From Mobula hypostoma (Eukaryota), in assembly GCF_963921235.1 (NCBI RefSeq), contig NC_086097.1:255690001-255754000 (forward strand): a stretch of 64,000 nucleotides of DNA, in the 5' to 3' direction. Under the pieces are notes generated by a model that was given only the letters and a program-made list of their open reading frames with translations, was not told the origin of the DNA and did no database searches. The position numbers and the translations under genes were made by a program. Shown one piece after another: positions 36,670-48,232 of this stretch (position 1 is the stretch's first letter; each line of letters begins with the position of its first letter).

Positions 36670-39600
36670 AAAAGGAGGTGGGGTGACGTTGCTGGTTAGA
36701 GAGGAGATTAACGCAATAGAAAGGAAGGACATAAGCCGGGAGGATGTGGAATCAATATGGGTAGAGCTGCATAACACTAAGGGGCAGAAAACGCTGGTGG
36801 GAGTTGTGTACAGGCCACCTAATAGTAGTAGTGAGGTTGGGGATGGTATTAAACAGAAAATTAGAAATGTGTGCAATAAAGGAACAGCAGTTATAATGGG
36901 TGACTTCAATCTACATGTAGATTGGGTGAACCAAATTGGTAAGGGTGCTGAGGAAGAGGATTTCTTGGAATGTATGCGGGATGGTTTTTTGAACCAACAT
37001 GTCGAGGAACCAACTAGAGAGCAGGCTATTCTGGACTGGGTATTGAACAATGAGGAAGGGTTAATTAGCAATCATATCGTGAGAAGCCCCTTGGGTAAGA
37101 GTGACCATAATATGGTGGAATTCTTCATTAAGATGGAGAGTGACATAGTTAATTCAGAAACAAAGGTTCTGAACTTAAAGAAGGGTAACTTTGAAGGTAT
37201 GAGACATGAATTAGTTAAGATAGACTGGCAAATGACACTTAAAGGGTTGATGGTGGATATGCAATGGCAAGCATTTAAAGATCGCATGGATGAACTACAA
37301 CAATTGTTCATCCCAGTTTGGCAAAAGAATAAATCAAGGAAGGTAGTGCACCCGTGGTTGACAAGAGAAATTAGGGATAGTATCAATTCCAAAGAAGAAG
37401 CATACAAATTAGCCAGAAAAAGTGGCTCACCTGAGGACTGGGAGAAATTCAGAGTTCAGCAGAGGAGGACAAAGGGCTTAATTAGAAGGGGAAGAAAGAT
37501 TATGAGAGAAAACTGGCAGGGAACATAAAAAGTGACTGTAAAAGCTTTTATACATATGTGAAAAGAAAAAGATTGTTTAATACAAATGTAGGTCCCCTAC
37601 AGACAGAAACAGGTGAATTGATTATGGGGAGCAAAGACATGGCAGACCAATTGAATAATTACTTTGGTTCTGTACTCACTAAGGAGGACAGGTTACACCT
37701 GAACCCGAAGGGGACCAATATCCTGGTGGGAAAGTTTAATACAGCTGTTAGGGAGGGTTTAAACTAATTTGGCAGGGGGGGTGGGAACCGGAATGATAGA
37801 GCGGAGGAAGGGGAAAACAGAAATAAATCTAAGATAGTGAGCAGCAAAGATGTCAGGAAAGACAGGCAGGTGATGGGGCAAATGTGTAGCCATTGGGATG
37901 AGTTGCAGTGAAATCAAAGCAAAAAGTATCAAATACTGGTCTGAAGGTGTTGTACTTAAATGCACGCAGCATAAGAAATAAGGTGGATGATCTTGTTGTA
38001 CAGCTACAGATTGGCAGGTATGATATTGTGGCCATCACTGAGACCTGGCTAAAGGATGCATGTCTCTGGGAGCTGAATGTCCAAGGATACACGGTGTATC
38101 GGAAGGATAGGAAGGTAGGCAGAGGGGGAGGCATGGCTTTATTGGTAAGAAATTATATTAAATCATTAGAAAGAGGTGATATAGGATCGGAAGGTGCAGA
38201 ATCTTTATGAGTTGAGCTAAGGAATAGCAGGGGTAAAAGGACCCTGATGGCAGTTATTTATAGGCCTCCAAACAGCTGCAGGGATGTGGACTACAAATTA
38301 CAACTGGAAATAGAAAAGGCTTGTCAGAAGGGCAGTGTTATGATAATTGTGGGGGATTTTAACATGCGAGTAGATTGGAAAAATCAGGTCGGCACTGGAT
38401 CTCAAGAGAGAGAATTTGTAGAATGTCTGCGAGATGGCTTTTTAGAACAGCTTGTTGTTGAGCCCACTAGGGGATCGGCTGTACTGGATTGGGTATTGTG
38501 TAATGAGCCGGAGATGATTGGAGAGATTGAGGTGAAGGAACCCTTAGGAGACAGTGATCATAACATGATTGAGTTCACTGTGAAATTAGAAAAAGAGAAG
38601 CCGAAATCTGATGTGTTGGTGCTTCAGTGGAGTAAAGGAAACTACAGTGGCATGAGAGAGGAACTGGCCAAAGTTGACTGGAAAGAGACACTGGCGGGAA
38701 AGACGGCAGAGCAGCAGTGGCTGGAGTTTATGCGAGAAATGAGGAATGTGCAAGACAGGTATATTCCAAAAAAGAAGAAATTTTCGAGTGGAAAAAGGAT
38801 GCAACCGTGGTTGACAAGAGAAGTCAAAGCCAAAGTTAAAGCTAAGGAGAGGGCATACAAGGAAGCAAAAATTAGTGGGAAGACAGAGGATTGGGAAGTC
38901 TTTAAAACCTTACAAAAGGAAACCAAGAAGGTCATTAAGAGAGAAAAGATTAACTATGAAAGGAAACTAGCAAATAATATCGAAGAATATACTAAAAGCT
39001 TTTTCAAGTATATAAAGAGTAAAAGACAGGTGAGAGTAGATATAGGACTGATAGAAAATGATACTGGAGAAATTGTAATGGGAGATGAGGAGATGGCAGA
39101 GGAACTGAACAAGTATTTTGCATCAGTCTTCACTGAGGAAGACATCAGCAGTATACCGGACACTCAAGGGTGGCAGGGAAGAGAAGTGTGCGCGGTCACA
39201 ATTACGATAGAGAAAGTACTCAGGAAGCTTAATAGGCTAAAGGTCGATAAATCTCCTGGACCAGATGGAATGCACCCTCGTGTTCTGAAGGAAGTAGCTG
39301 TGGAGATTGCGGAGGCATTAGCGATGATCTTTCAAAAGTCGATAGATTCTGGCATGGTTCCGGAGGACTGGAAGATTGCAAATGTCACTCCGCTATTTAA
39401 GAAGGGGGCAAGGAAGCAAAAAGGAAATTATAGACCTGTTAGCTTGACGTCGGTGGTTGGGAAGTTGTTGGAGTCGATTGTCAAGGATTAGGTTACAGAG
39501 TACCTGGAGGCATATGACAAGATAGGCAAAACTCAGCATGGATTCCTTAAAGGAAAATCCTGCCTGACAAACCTATTACAATTTTTTGAGGAAATTACCA

Positions 39601-42551
39601 GTAGGCTAGACAAGGGAGATGCAGTGGATGTTGTATATTTGGATTTTCAGAAGGCCTTTGACAAGGTGCCACACATGAGGCTGCTTAACAAGATAAGAGC
39701 CCATGGAATTACAGGAAAGTTACATACGTGGATAGAGCGTTGGCTGATTGGCAGGAAACAGAGAGTGGGAATAAAGGGATCCTATTCTGGTTGACTGCTG
39801 GTTACCAGTGGTGTTCCACAGGGGTCCGTGTTGGGGCCGCTTCTTTTTACATTGTACATCAACGATTTGGATTATGGAATAGATGGCTTTGTGGCTAAGT
39901 TTGCTGATGATACGAAGATAGGTGGAGGGGCCGGTAGTGCTGAGGAAACGGAGAGTCTGCAGAGAGACTTGGATAGATTGGAAGAATGGGCAGAGAAGTG
40001 GCAAATGAAGTACAATGTTGGAAAGTGTACGGTTATGCACTTTGGCAGAAAAAATAAACGGGCAGACTATTATTTAAATGGGGAAAAAATTCAAAGTTCT
40101 GAGATGCAATGGGACTTGGGAGTCCTCGTACAGGATTCCCTTAAAGTTAACCTCCAGGTTGAGTCAGTAGTGAAGAAGGCGAATGCAATGCTGGCATTTA
40201 TTTCTAGAGGAATAGAGTATAGGAGCAGGGATGTGATGTTGAGGCTCTATAAGGCGCTGGTGAGACCTCACTTGGAGTACTGTGGGCAGTTTTGGTCTCC
40301 TTATTTAAGAAAGGATGTGCTGACGTTGGAGAGGGTACAGAGAAGATTCACGAGAATGATTCCGGGAATGAGAGGGTTAACATATGAGGAACGTTTGTCC
40401 GCTCTTGGACTGTATTCCTTGGAGTTTAGAAGAATGAGAGGAGACCTCATAGAAACATTTCGAATGTTAAAAGGCATGGACAGAGTGGATGTGGCAAAGT
40501 TGTTTCCCATGATGGGGGAGTCTAGTATGAGAGGGCATGACTTCAGGATTGAAGGGCGCCCTTTCAGAACAGAAATGCGAAAAAATTTTTTAGTCAGAGG
40601 GTGGTGAATCTATGGAATTTGTTGCCACGGGCAGCAGTGGAGGCCAAGTCATTGGGTGTCTTTAAGGCAGAGATTGATAGGTATCTGAGTAGCCAGGGCA
40701 TCAAAGGTTATGGTGAGAAGGCGGGGCAGTGTGACTAAATAAGATAAAATGGATCAGCTCATGATAAAATGGCAGAGCAGACTCGATGGGCCGAATGGCC
40801 TACTTCTGCTCCTTTGTCTTATGGTCTTATGGTTTTATGGTCTCATGGACATAATTAATCTTCCAGAAATAGTAGGGGACAGAGGGTCCAGTGAGATGGA
40901 GGAACTGAGGGAAATACATGTTAGTAGGGAAGTGGTGTTAGGTAAATTGAAGGGATTAAAGGCAGATAAATCCCTCGGGCCAGATGGTCTGCATCCCAGA
41001 GTGCTTAAGGAAGTAGTCTAAGAAATAGTGGATGCATTAGTGATAATTTTTCAAAACTCTGTAGATTCTGGACTAGTTCCTGAGGATTGGAGGGTGGCTA
41101 ATGTAACCCCACTTTTTAAAAAAGGAGGGAGAGAGAAACCGGGGAATTATAGACCGGTTAGCCTAACATCGGTGGTGGGGAGACTGCTAGAGTCAGTTAT
41201 CAAAGATGTGATAACAGCACATTTGGAAAGCGGTGAAATCATCGGACAAAGTCAGCATGGATTTGTGAAAGGAAAATCATGTCTGACGAATCTCATAGAA
41301 TTTTTTGAGGATCTAACCAGTAGAGTGGATAGGGGAGAACCAGTGGATGTGGTATATTTGGATTTTCAAAAGGCTTTTGACAAGGTCCAACACAGGAGAT
41401 TAGTGTGCAAACTTAAAGCACACAGTATTGGGGGTAAGGTATTGATGTGGATAGAGAATTGGTTGGCAGACAGGAAGCAAAGAGTGGGAATAAACGGGAC
41501 CTTTTCAGAATGGCAGGCAGTGACTAGTGGGGTACCACAAGGCTCAGTGCTGGGACCCCAGTTGTTTACAATATATATTAATGACTTGGATGAGGGAATT
41601 GAATGCAGCATCTCCAAGTTTGCGGATGGCACGAAGCTGGGTGGCAGTGTTAGCTGTGAGGAGGATGCTAAGAGGATGCAGGGTGACTTGGATAGGTTAG
41701 GTGAGTGGGCAAATTCACGGCAGATGCAATTTAATGTGGATAAATGTGAAGTTATCCACTTTGGTGGCAAAAATAGGAAAACAGATTATTATCCGAACGG
41801 TGGCCGATTAGGAAAAGGGGAGGTGCATCGAGACCTGGGTGTCATTATACACCAGTCATTGAAAGTGGGCATGCAGGTACAGCAGGCGGTGAAAAAGGCG
41901 AATGGTATGCTGGCATTTATAGCAAGAGGATTCGAGTACAGGAGCAGGGAGGTACTACTGCAGTTGTACAAGGCCTTGGTAAGACCACACCTGGAGTATT
42001 GTGTGCAGTTTTGGTCCCCTAATCTGAGGAAAGACATCCTTGCCATAGAGGGAGTACAAAGAAGGTTCACCAGATTGATTCCTGGGATGGCAGGACTTTC
42101 ATATGATGAAAGACTGGATGAACTAGGCTTATACTCGTTGGAATTTAGAAGATTGAGGGGGGATCTGATTGAAACGCATAAAATCCTAAAGGGATTGGAC
42201 AGGCTAGATGCAGGAAGATTGTTCCCGATGTTGGGGAAGTCCAGAATGAGGGGGTCACATTTTGAGGATAAAGGGGAAGACTTTTTGGACCGAGATTAGG
42301 AAAAACTTCTTCACACAGAGAGTGGTGAATCTGTGGAATTCTCTGCCACAGGAAACAGTTGAGGCCAGTTCATTGGCTATATTTAAGAGGGAGTTAGATA
42401 TGGCCCTTGTGGCTAAAGGGATCGGAGGTATGGAGGGAAAGCTGGTACAGAGTTCTGAGTTAGATGATCAGCCATGATCATACTGAATGGCGGTTCAGGC
42501 TTGAAGGGCCGAATGGCCTACTCCTGCACCTATTTTCTATGTTTCTATGTT
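36670..42551 (+). mobile_element. CR1 subfamily B ORF2 (36670-37690 and 40847-42551), middle layer
   Basis: ORFs 36683-37528 and 41028-42299. (TTTCTATG)n tail. Confidence 0.93.
37691..40846 (+). mobile_element. CR1 subfamily A (end of ORF1 plus ORF2), inner layer
   Basis: GGACA duplicated at 37686-37690 and 40847-40851. ORFs from 37908 to 40607. (TCTTATGG)n tail. Confidence 0.95.
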
Positions 42552-43139
42552 TACAGAGGAGTTGTCAGGGGTAAGTATTTTTACGCAGAGAGTGGTGAGA
42601 GTGTGGAATGGGCTGCCAGCGATGGTGGTGGAGGCAGATATGATAGGGTCTTTTAAGAGACTCTTGGACAGGTACATGGAGCTTAGAAAAATAGAGGGCT
42701 ATGGGTAACCCTAGGTAATTTCTAAGATAAGAACATGTTCGGCACAGATTTGTGGGCTGAAGGGCTTGTATTGTGCTGTCGGTTTTCTATGTTTAACTGC
42801 TGATCATTTCAATAGAGAAAAGCTCTAATATTAAGCAAGGGTCTTGAAATAGAGACAAACGTATCCATATGGCCAAGTCTGCATAAATATTTCTGGATGA
42901 ACATGCATACATATTATTGTATAGGCTCTGCCTGAAGTTTAGAAAATTTATTTCATTGCTGGTGCATGTGTTAAGAGAGAGGTTATTTACTTCCAGGCCT
43001 TGTGGTAGGCCAGATTAACACCTATTTAACATTCAAATTCTCTTCTTCAACAACCTGTGTTAAAGAGAAACATGTTCTGTGTTTCACGTTGGTTTTGGTT
43101 GTTGGTTGACGTTTGTCTACCTTGTTGTCTCTGGTCTTT

Positions 43140-43255
43140 TATTGATTCTATTGTGTTTCTTGTACTTGCTGTGATTGCATGCAAGAAAATAAATCTCAGG
43201 GTTGTATATGTTGGCATATGTACTTTGACAATAAATTTACTTTGAACTTTGAACT
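43140..43255 (+). mobile_element. SINE/LINE 3' tail, same family as 29040-29150
   Basis: 'gcaagaaaataaatctcagggttgtatatg...aataaatttactttgaactttgaact'. Confidence 0.65.
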
Positions 43256-43554
43256 CTTGGCCTCATGTTTTGTTTTTATCAGTATGACACAGCTTCCTGT
43301 GGTCAGAACTGTAAATAGCTGTAAATTCTGAGAATCCTTTGGATGCTCAGTGCAGTTTTCATTGTACTCCTTTACAATAGACTCAAGCTGCTCCATCCGG
43401 GCACAAACCTCCTCACCATCAAGGACACTATCAAGACTTCTGGTAAGATGGTGGCATGTTCGATCGCATCAGCTTTTACTGGTTCAACCATAGGTGTTAT
43501 TGTTGTTTTTAAACATTTTTTATGATTGCAAGTTCCTGCTGAATAATAAAAACA

Positions 43555-44033
43555 TGTTTGCTGTTGTGTGCTGGGGCAGCAGGCTGAGGGTGGCAGACAC
43601 CAACAGAATCAACAAACTCATTCGTAAGGCCAGTGATGTTGTGGGGATGGAACTGGACTCTCTCACGGTGGTGTCTGAAAAGAGGATGCTGTCTAAGTTG
43701 CATGCCATCTTGGACAATGTCTCCCATCCAATACATAATGTACTGGTTGGGCACAGGAGTACATTCAGCCAGAGACTCATTCCACCGAGATGCAACACAG
43801 AGCGTCATAGGAAGTCATTCCTGCCTGTGGCCATCAAACTTTACAACTCCTCCCTTGGAGGGTCAGACACCCTGAGCCAATAGGCTGGTCCTGGACTTAT
43901 TTCATAATTTACTGGCATAATTTACATATTACTATTTAACTATTTATGGTTCTGTTACTATTTATTATTCATGGAGCATCTGTAACGAAAACCAATTTCC
44001 CCCGGGATTAATAAAGTATGACTATGACTATGA
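43555..44033 (+). mobile_element. Rex1/Babar LINE 3' end with (TATGAC)n tail
   Basis: AVVCWGS...NKLIRKA...SHP.H...RKSFLPVAIKLYNS, then 'aataaagtatgactatgactatga'. Confidence 0.85.
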
Positions 44034-44034
44034 T

Positions 44035-44505
44035 TTCAAATTGGACCTACTAAAATGAACCACTTCACACTTATCTGGGTTGAAGTCCATCTGCCACTTC
44101 TCAGCTCAGTTCTTCATCCTATCGATGTCCTGTTGTTACCTCTGACCACCCTCCAGACTATCCACAACCCCCCAACCTTTGTGTCATCAGCAAATTTACT
44201 AACCCATTCTTCTACTTCTTCATCCAGGTCATTTATAAAAATCACAAAGAGGAGGGGTCGCAGAACAGATCCCTGCTGAACACCACTGGTCACCGACCTC
44301 CATGCAGAATACGAACCATCTACAACCACCCTTTGCCTTCTGTGGGAAAGCCAATTCTGGATCCACAAAACAAGGTCTCCTTGGATCCCATGCCTCCTTA
44401 CTTTCTGAAGGAGCCTAGCATGGGGAACCTTATCAAGTGCCTTACTGAAATCCATATACACTACATCCACTGCTCTATCTTCATGAATGTGTGTTGTTAC
44501 ATCCT
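44035..44505 (-). mobile_element. CR1 RT fragment
   Basis: [10 protein letters not shown]...KFADDTKV. Confidence 0.88.
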
Positions 44506-44695
44506 CAATGCAGCTATAAAGAAGGCAAGACAGCGACTATACTTCATTAGGAGTTTGAAGAGATTTAGTATACTCAAAAAACTCAAAAACTTTTATAGAT
44601 GTACCGTGGAGAGCATTCTGACAGGCTGCATCACTGTCTGGTATGGAGGTGCAGGGTCTACTGCACAGACCGAAAGAAGTTGCAGAGGGTCTTAA
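44506..44695 (+). mobile_element. Rex/Babar fragment
   Basis: [16 protein letters not shown]...ESILTGCITVWYG. Confidence 0.8.
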
Positions 44696-44700
44696 ATTTT

Positions 44701-44836
44701 GCCGGGCACGGTAGCACGCACCTGTGATCCGGCTACTCAGAGGTTAAGGCTGTCAGATTACTTGAGACCAGAAGTTCTAAGCTGCTGCGGGCTGTGCCAA
44801 TAGGGTACCCTCATTAAGTTCGGCATCAATATGGTG
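44701..44836 (+). pseudogene. RN7SL: 7SL (SRP) RNA copy: the 5' ~136 nt, diverged and 3'-truncated
   Basis: GCCGGGCACGGTAGCACGCACCTGT...GCTACTC...CTTGAG.CCAG.AGTTCT...AAGTTCGGCATCAATATGGTG is collinear with vertebrate 7SL from nucleotide 1 (recalled sequence, not searched). Confidence 0.85.
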
Positions 44837-44840
44837 TTTT

Positions 44841-45555
44841 TTTTGGTGTGACCGGTACAAAAAGGACGGGTTGCTCTTGAATCCCAGGTGGACCAATATC
44901 CTGACGGGGGGCGGGGGAGGGGGAAGTTGCTAAGGCTATTGGGGAGAGTTTAAACTAGCATTGCTGGGGGGTGGGAACCGAACTGGAAGAAAGGGATGTT
45001 GGCTCACAAATAGAGAAAGGTTGGAGACAGTGCGAGAGGGAGGATAGGCAGGTGATAGAGAAGGGACACGCTCAGACAGATGGTTTGAGATGTGTCCATT
45101 TTAATGCAAGGAGTATTATGAGAAAAGCGGATGAGCTTAGAGCATGGATCAGTACTTGGAGCTGTGATGTTGTGGCCATTACAGAGGCTTGGATGGTGCA
45201 GGGGCAGGAATGGCTACTTCAAGTGCCGGGCTTTAGATGTTTCAGAAAGGACACGGAGGGAGGCAAAAGAGGTGGGGGGCGTGGCACTGTTGATCAGAGA
45301 CAGTGTTACAGCTGCAGAAAAGGACGAAGTCATGGAGGGATTGTCCACTGAATCTCTGTGGAAAGCAGAAAGCATATGGTTCATTGGCCTTCAATGGGAC
45401 TGAGTTTAGGAACCGAGAGGTAATGTTGCAGCAATACAGGATGCTGGTCAGACCCTACTTGGAGTACTGTGCTCAGTTCTGGTTGCCTCGTTGTAGGAAG
45501 GATGTGGAAACCACAGAAAGGGTGTAGAGGTTATTTGCAAGCATGTTGCTAGATT
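44841..45555 (+). mobile_element. CR1 fragment: ORF1 end and APE start, then a jump at about 45360 to the RT 3' region
   Basis: YKKDGL.LN, GESLN*, HFNARSI, and then LVRPYLEYC. Confidence 0.85.
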
Positions 45556-45556
45556 G

Positions 45557-48100
45557 TGGCAGCCATTTCAGCCCTGGGGAAAAAAGCCTCTGACTATCTA
45601 CACGATCAATGCCTCTCATCATCTTATACACCTCTATCAGGTCACCTCTCATCCTCCGTCGCTCCAAGGAGAAAAGGCCGAATTCATTCAACCTGTTTTC
45701 ATAAGGCATGCTCCCCAATCCAGGCAACATCCTTGTAAATCTCCTCTGCACCCTTTCTATGGTTTCCACATCCTTCCTGTAGTGAGGCGACCAGAACTGA
45801 CCACAGTACTCCAAGTGGGGTCTGACCAGGATCCTATATAGCCGCAACATTACCTCTCAGCTCCTAAATTCAATTCCATAATTGATGAAGGCCAATACAC
45901 CGTACGCCTTCTTAACCACAGAGTCAACCTGCACAGCAGCTTTGAGCATCCTATTGCCTCGGACCCCAAGATCCTTCTGATCCTCCACACCGCCAAGAGT
46001 CTTAACCATTAATACTATATTCTGCCATCATATTTGACCTCCCAAAATGAACCACTTCACACTTATCAGGGTTGAACTCCATCTGCCACTTCTCAGCCCA
46101 GTTTTGCATCCTATCAATGTCCCGCTGTAACCTCTGACAACCTTCCATACTATCCACAATACCCCCAATTTTTGTGTCATCAGCAAACTTACTAATCCAT
46201 CCCTTCACTTCCTCATCCAGGTCATTTATAAAAATCACGAACAGTAAAGGTTCCAGAACATATCCCTGAGGCACTGGTCACCAACCTCCATGCAGCATAT
46301 GACCCATCTACAACCACTCTTTGTCTTCTGTGGGAAAGCCAGTTCTGTATCCACAAAGCAATGTTCCTTTCGGTCGCATGCCTCCTTACTTTCTCAATAT
46401 GAATAGGGTACATTGTCAAATGCCTTGCTGAAATCCATGTACACTACATCTACTGCTCTTCCTTCATCAATGTGTTTAGTCACATCCTCATGGCTTGTAA
46501 GGCATGACCTGCCCTTGACAAAGCCATGCTGACTATTCCTAATCATATTATACCTCTCCAAATGTTCATAAATCCTGCCTCTCAGGATTTCTCCATCAAC
46601 TTACCAACCACTGAAGTAAGAGTCACTGGTTTATAATTTCCTGGGCTATCTCTACTTCCTCTCTTGAATAAAGGAACAACATCCGCAACCCTCCAATCCT
46701 CTGGAACCACTCCCATCCCCATTGATGATGCAAAGATCATCGCCAGAGGTTCAGCAATCTCCTCCCTCGCCTCCCACAGTGGTCTGGGATACACCTCATC
46801 CGGTCTGAGTGACTTATCCAACTTAATGCTTTCCCAAAGCTCCAGCACATCCTCTTTCTTAATATCCACATACTCAAGCTTTTCAGCCTGCTGCAAGTCA
46901 TCACTACAATCACCAAGATCCTTTTCCATAGTGAATACTGAAGTAAAGTATTCATTAAATACCTCTGCTATTTCCTCAGGTTCCATACACACTTTCCCTC
47001 TGTCACACTTAATAGGTCCTATTTTTTCATGTCTTATCCTCTTGCTCTTCACATTCTTGTAGAATGTCTTGGGGTTTTCCTTAATCCTGTCCACCAAGGC
47101 ATTCTCATGGCTCCTTCTGGCTCTCCTAATTTCCTTCTTAAGTTCCTCCCTATTAGCCTTATAATCTTCTAGATCTCTAACATCACCTAGCTCTCTGAAC
47201 CTTTTGTAAGCTTTTCTTTTCTTTTTGACTAGATTTACTGCAGCCTTTGTACACCACGGTTCCTGTACCCTACCATAACTTCCCTGTCTCATTGGAATGT
47301 ACCTATGCAGAGCTCCACACAAATATCCCTTGAACATTTGCCACATTTCTTCCGTACCTTTCCTTGAGAACATACATTCCCAATTTAAGCTTCCAAGTTC
47401 CTGCTTGATAGCTTCGTAATTCCCCCTACTCCAATTAAACGCTTTTTTAACTTGTCTGTTCCTATCTCTCTCCAATGCTATTGTAAAGGAGATAGAATTA
47501 TGATCACTATCTCCAAAATGCTCTCCCACTGAGAGATCTGACACCTGACTGGATTCATTTCCCAATACCAAATCAAGTACAGCCTCTCCTCTTGTAGGCT
47601 TATCTACATATTGTGTCAAGAAACCTTCCTGAACACACCTAACAAACTCCATCCCATCTAAACCCCTCACTCTAGGGAGATGCCAATTAATATTTGGGAA
47701 ATTAAAATCTCCCATCACGACAACTTTATTATTATTACACCTTTCCAGGATCTGTTTCCCTATCTGCTCCTCGATATCCCTACTACTATTGGGCAGTCTA
47801 TAAAAAAACACCCTGTAGAGTTATTGATCCCTTCCTATTCCTAAATTCCACCCACAGAGATTCCGTAGACAATCCCTCCATGACGTCCACCTTTTCTGCA
47901 GCCATGACACTATCTCTGATCAACAGTGCCATGCCCCACCTCTTTTGCCTCCATCCCTGTCCTTTCTGAAACAGCTAAAGCCTGGCACTTGAAGTAGCCA
48001 TTCCCGCCCCTGCACCATCCAAGTCTCTGTAATGGCCACAACATCATAGCTCCAAGTGCTGATCCACGCTCTAAGCTCATCAGCTTTGTTCACAATACTC
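45557..48100 (-). mobile_element. CR1 subfamily C ORF2, disrupted
   Basis: ORFs 47920-48105, 46582-47811, 46002-46274 and 45473-45850. Confidence 0.93.
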
Positions 48101-48232
48101 CACATTGATTTTCCAATACCAAATCAAGTACAGTCTCTCCTTTTGTAGGCTTGTAGATGTCAGGGGTACATTTTTTACATAGAGAGTGCTGAGTGTGTGG
48201 AATAGGCTGCTGGCGACAGTGGTGGAGATGGA

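Larger units (their letters stand above)
36255..42795 (+). mobile_element. CR1 subfamily C 3' fragment (36255-36669 and 42552-42795), outer layer of a triple nest
   Basis: 7-bp TSD TACAGAG at 36663-36669 and 42552-42558. Confidence 0.88.

Noticed and set aside
41366..42070. Recurrent antisense ORFs (MPPKWITSH..., MNLLCTPSM..., MNKGTT...) in several places
   Set aside because: They are shadow frames of CR1 ORF2. They recur only because the elements are repeated and have no recognisable domain.
42800..43430. Non-TE-looking islands as host exons (also 27650-27860, 31750-31920, 53150-53330)
   Set aside because: No convincing splice-bounded ORF or recognisable protein motif.
44701..44836. Primate Alu or human contamination
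   Set aside because: The sequence continues into the 7SL S-domain (AAGTTCGGCATCAATATGGTG), which Alu lacks, and is embedded among fish-type repeats.
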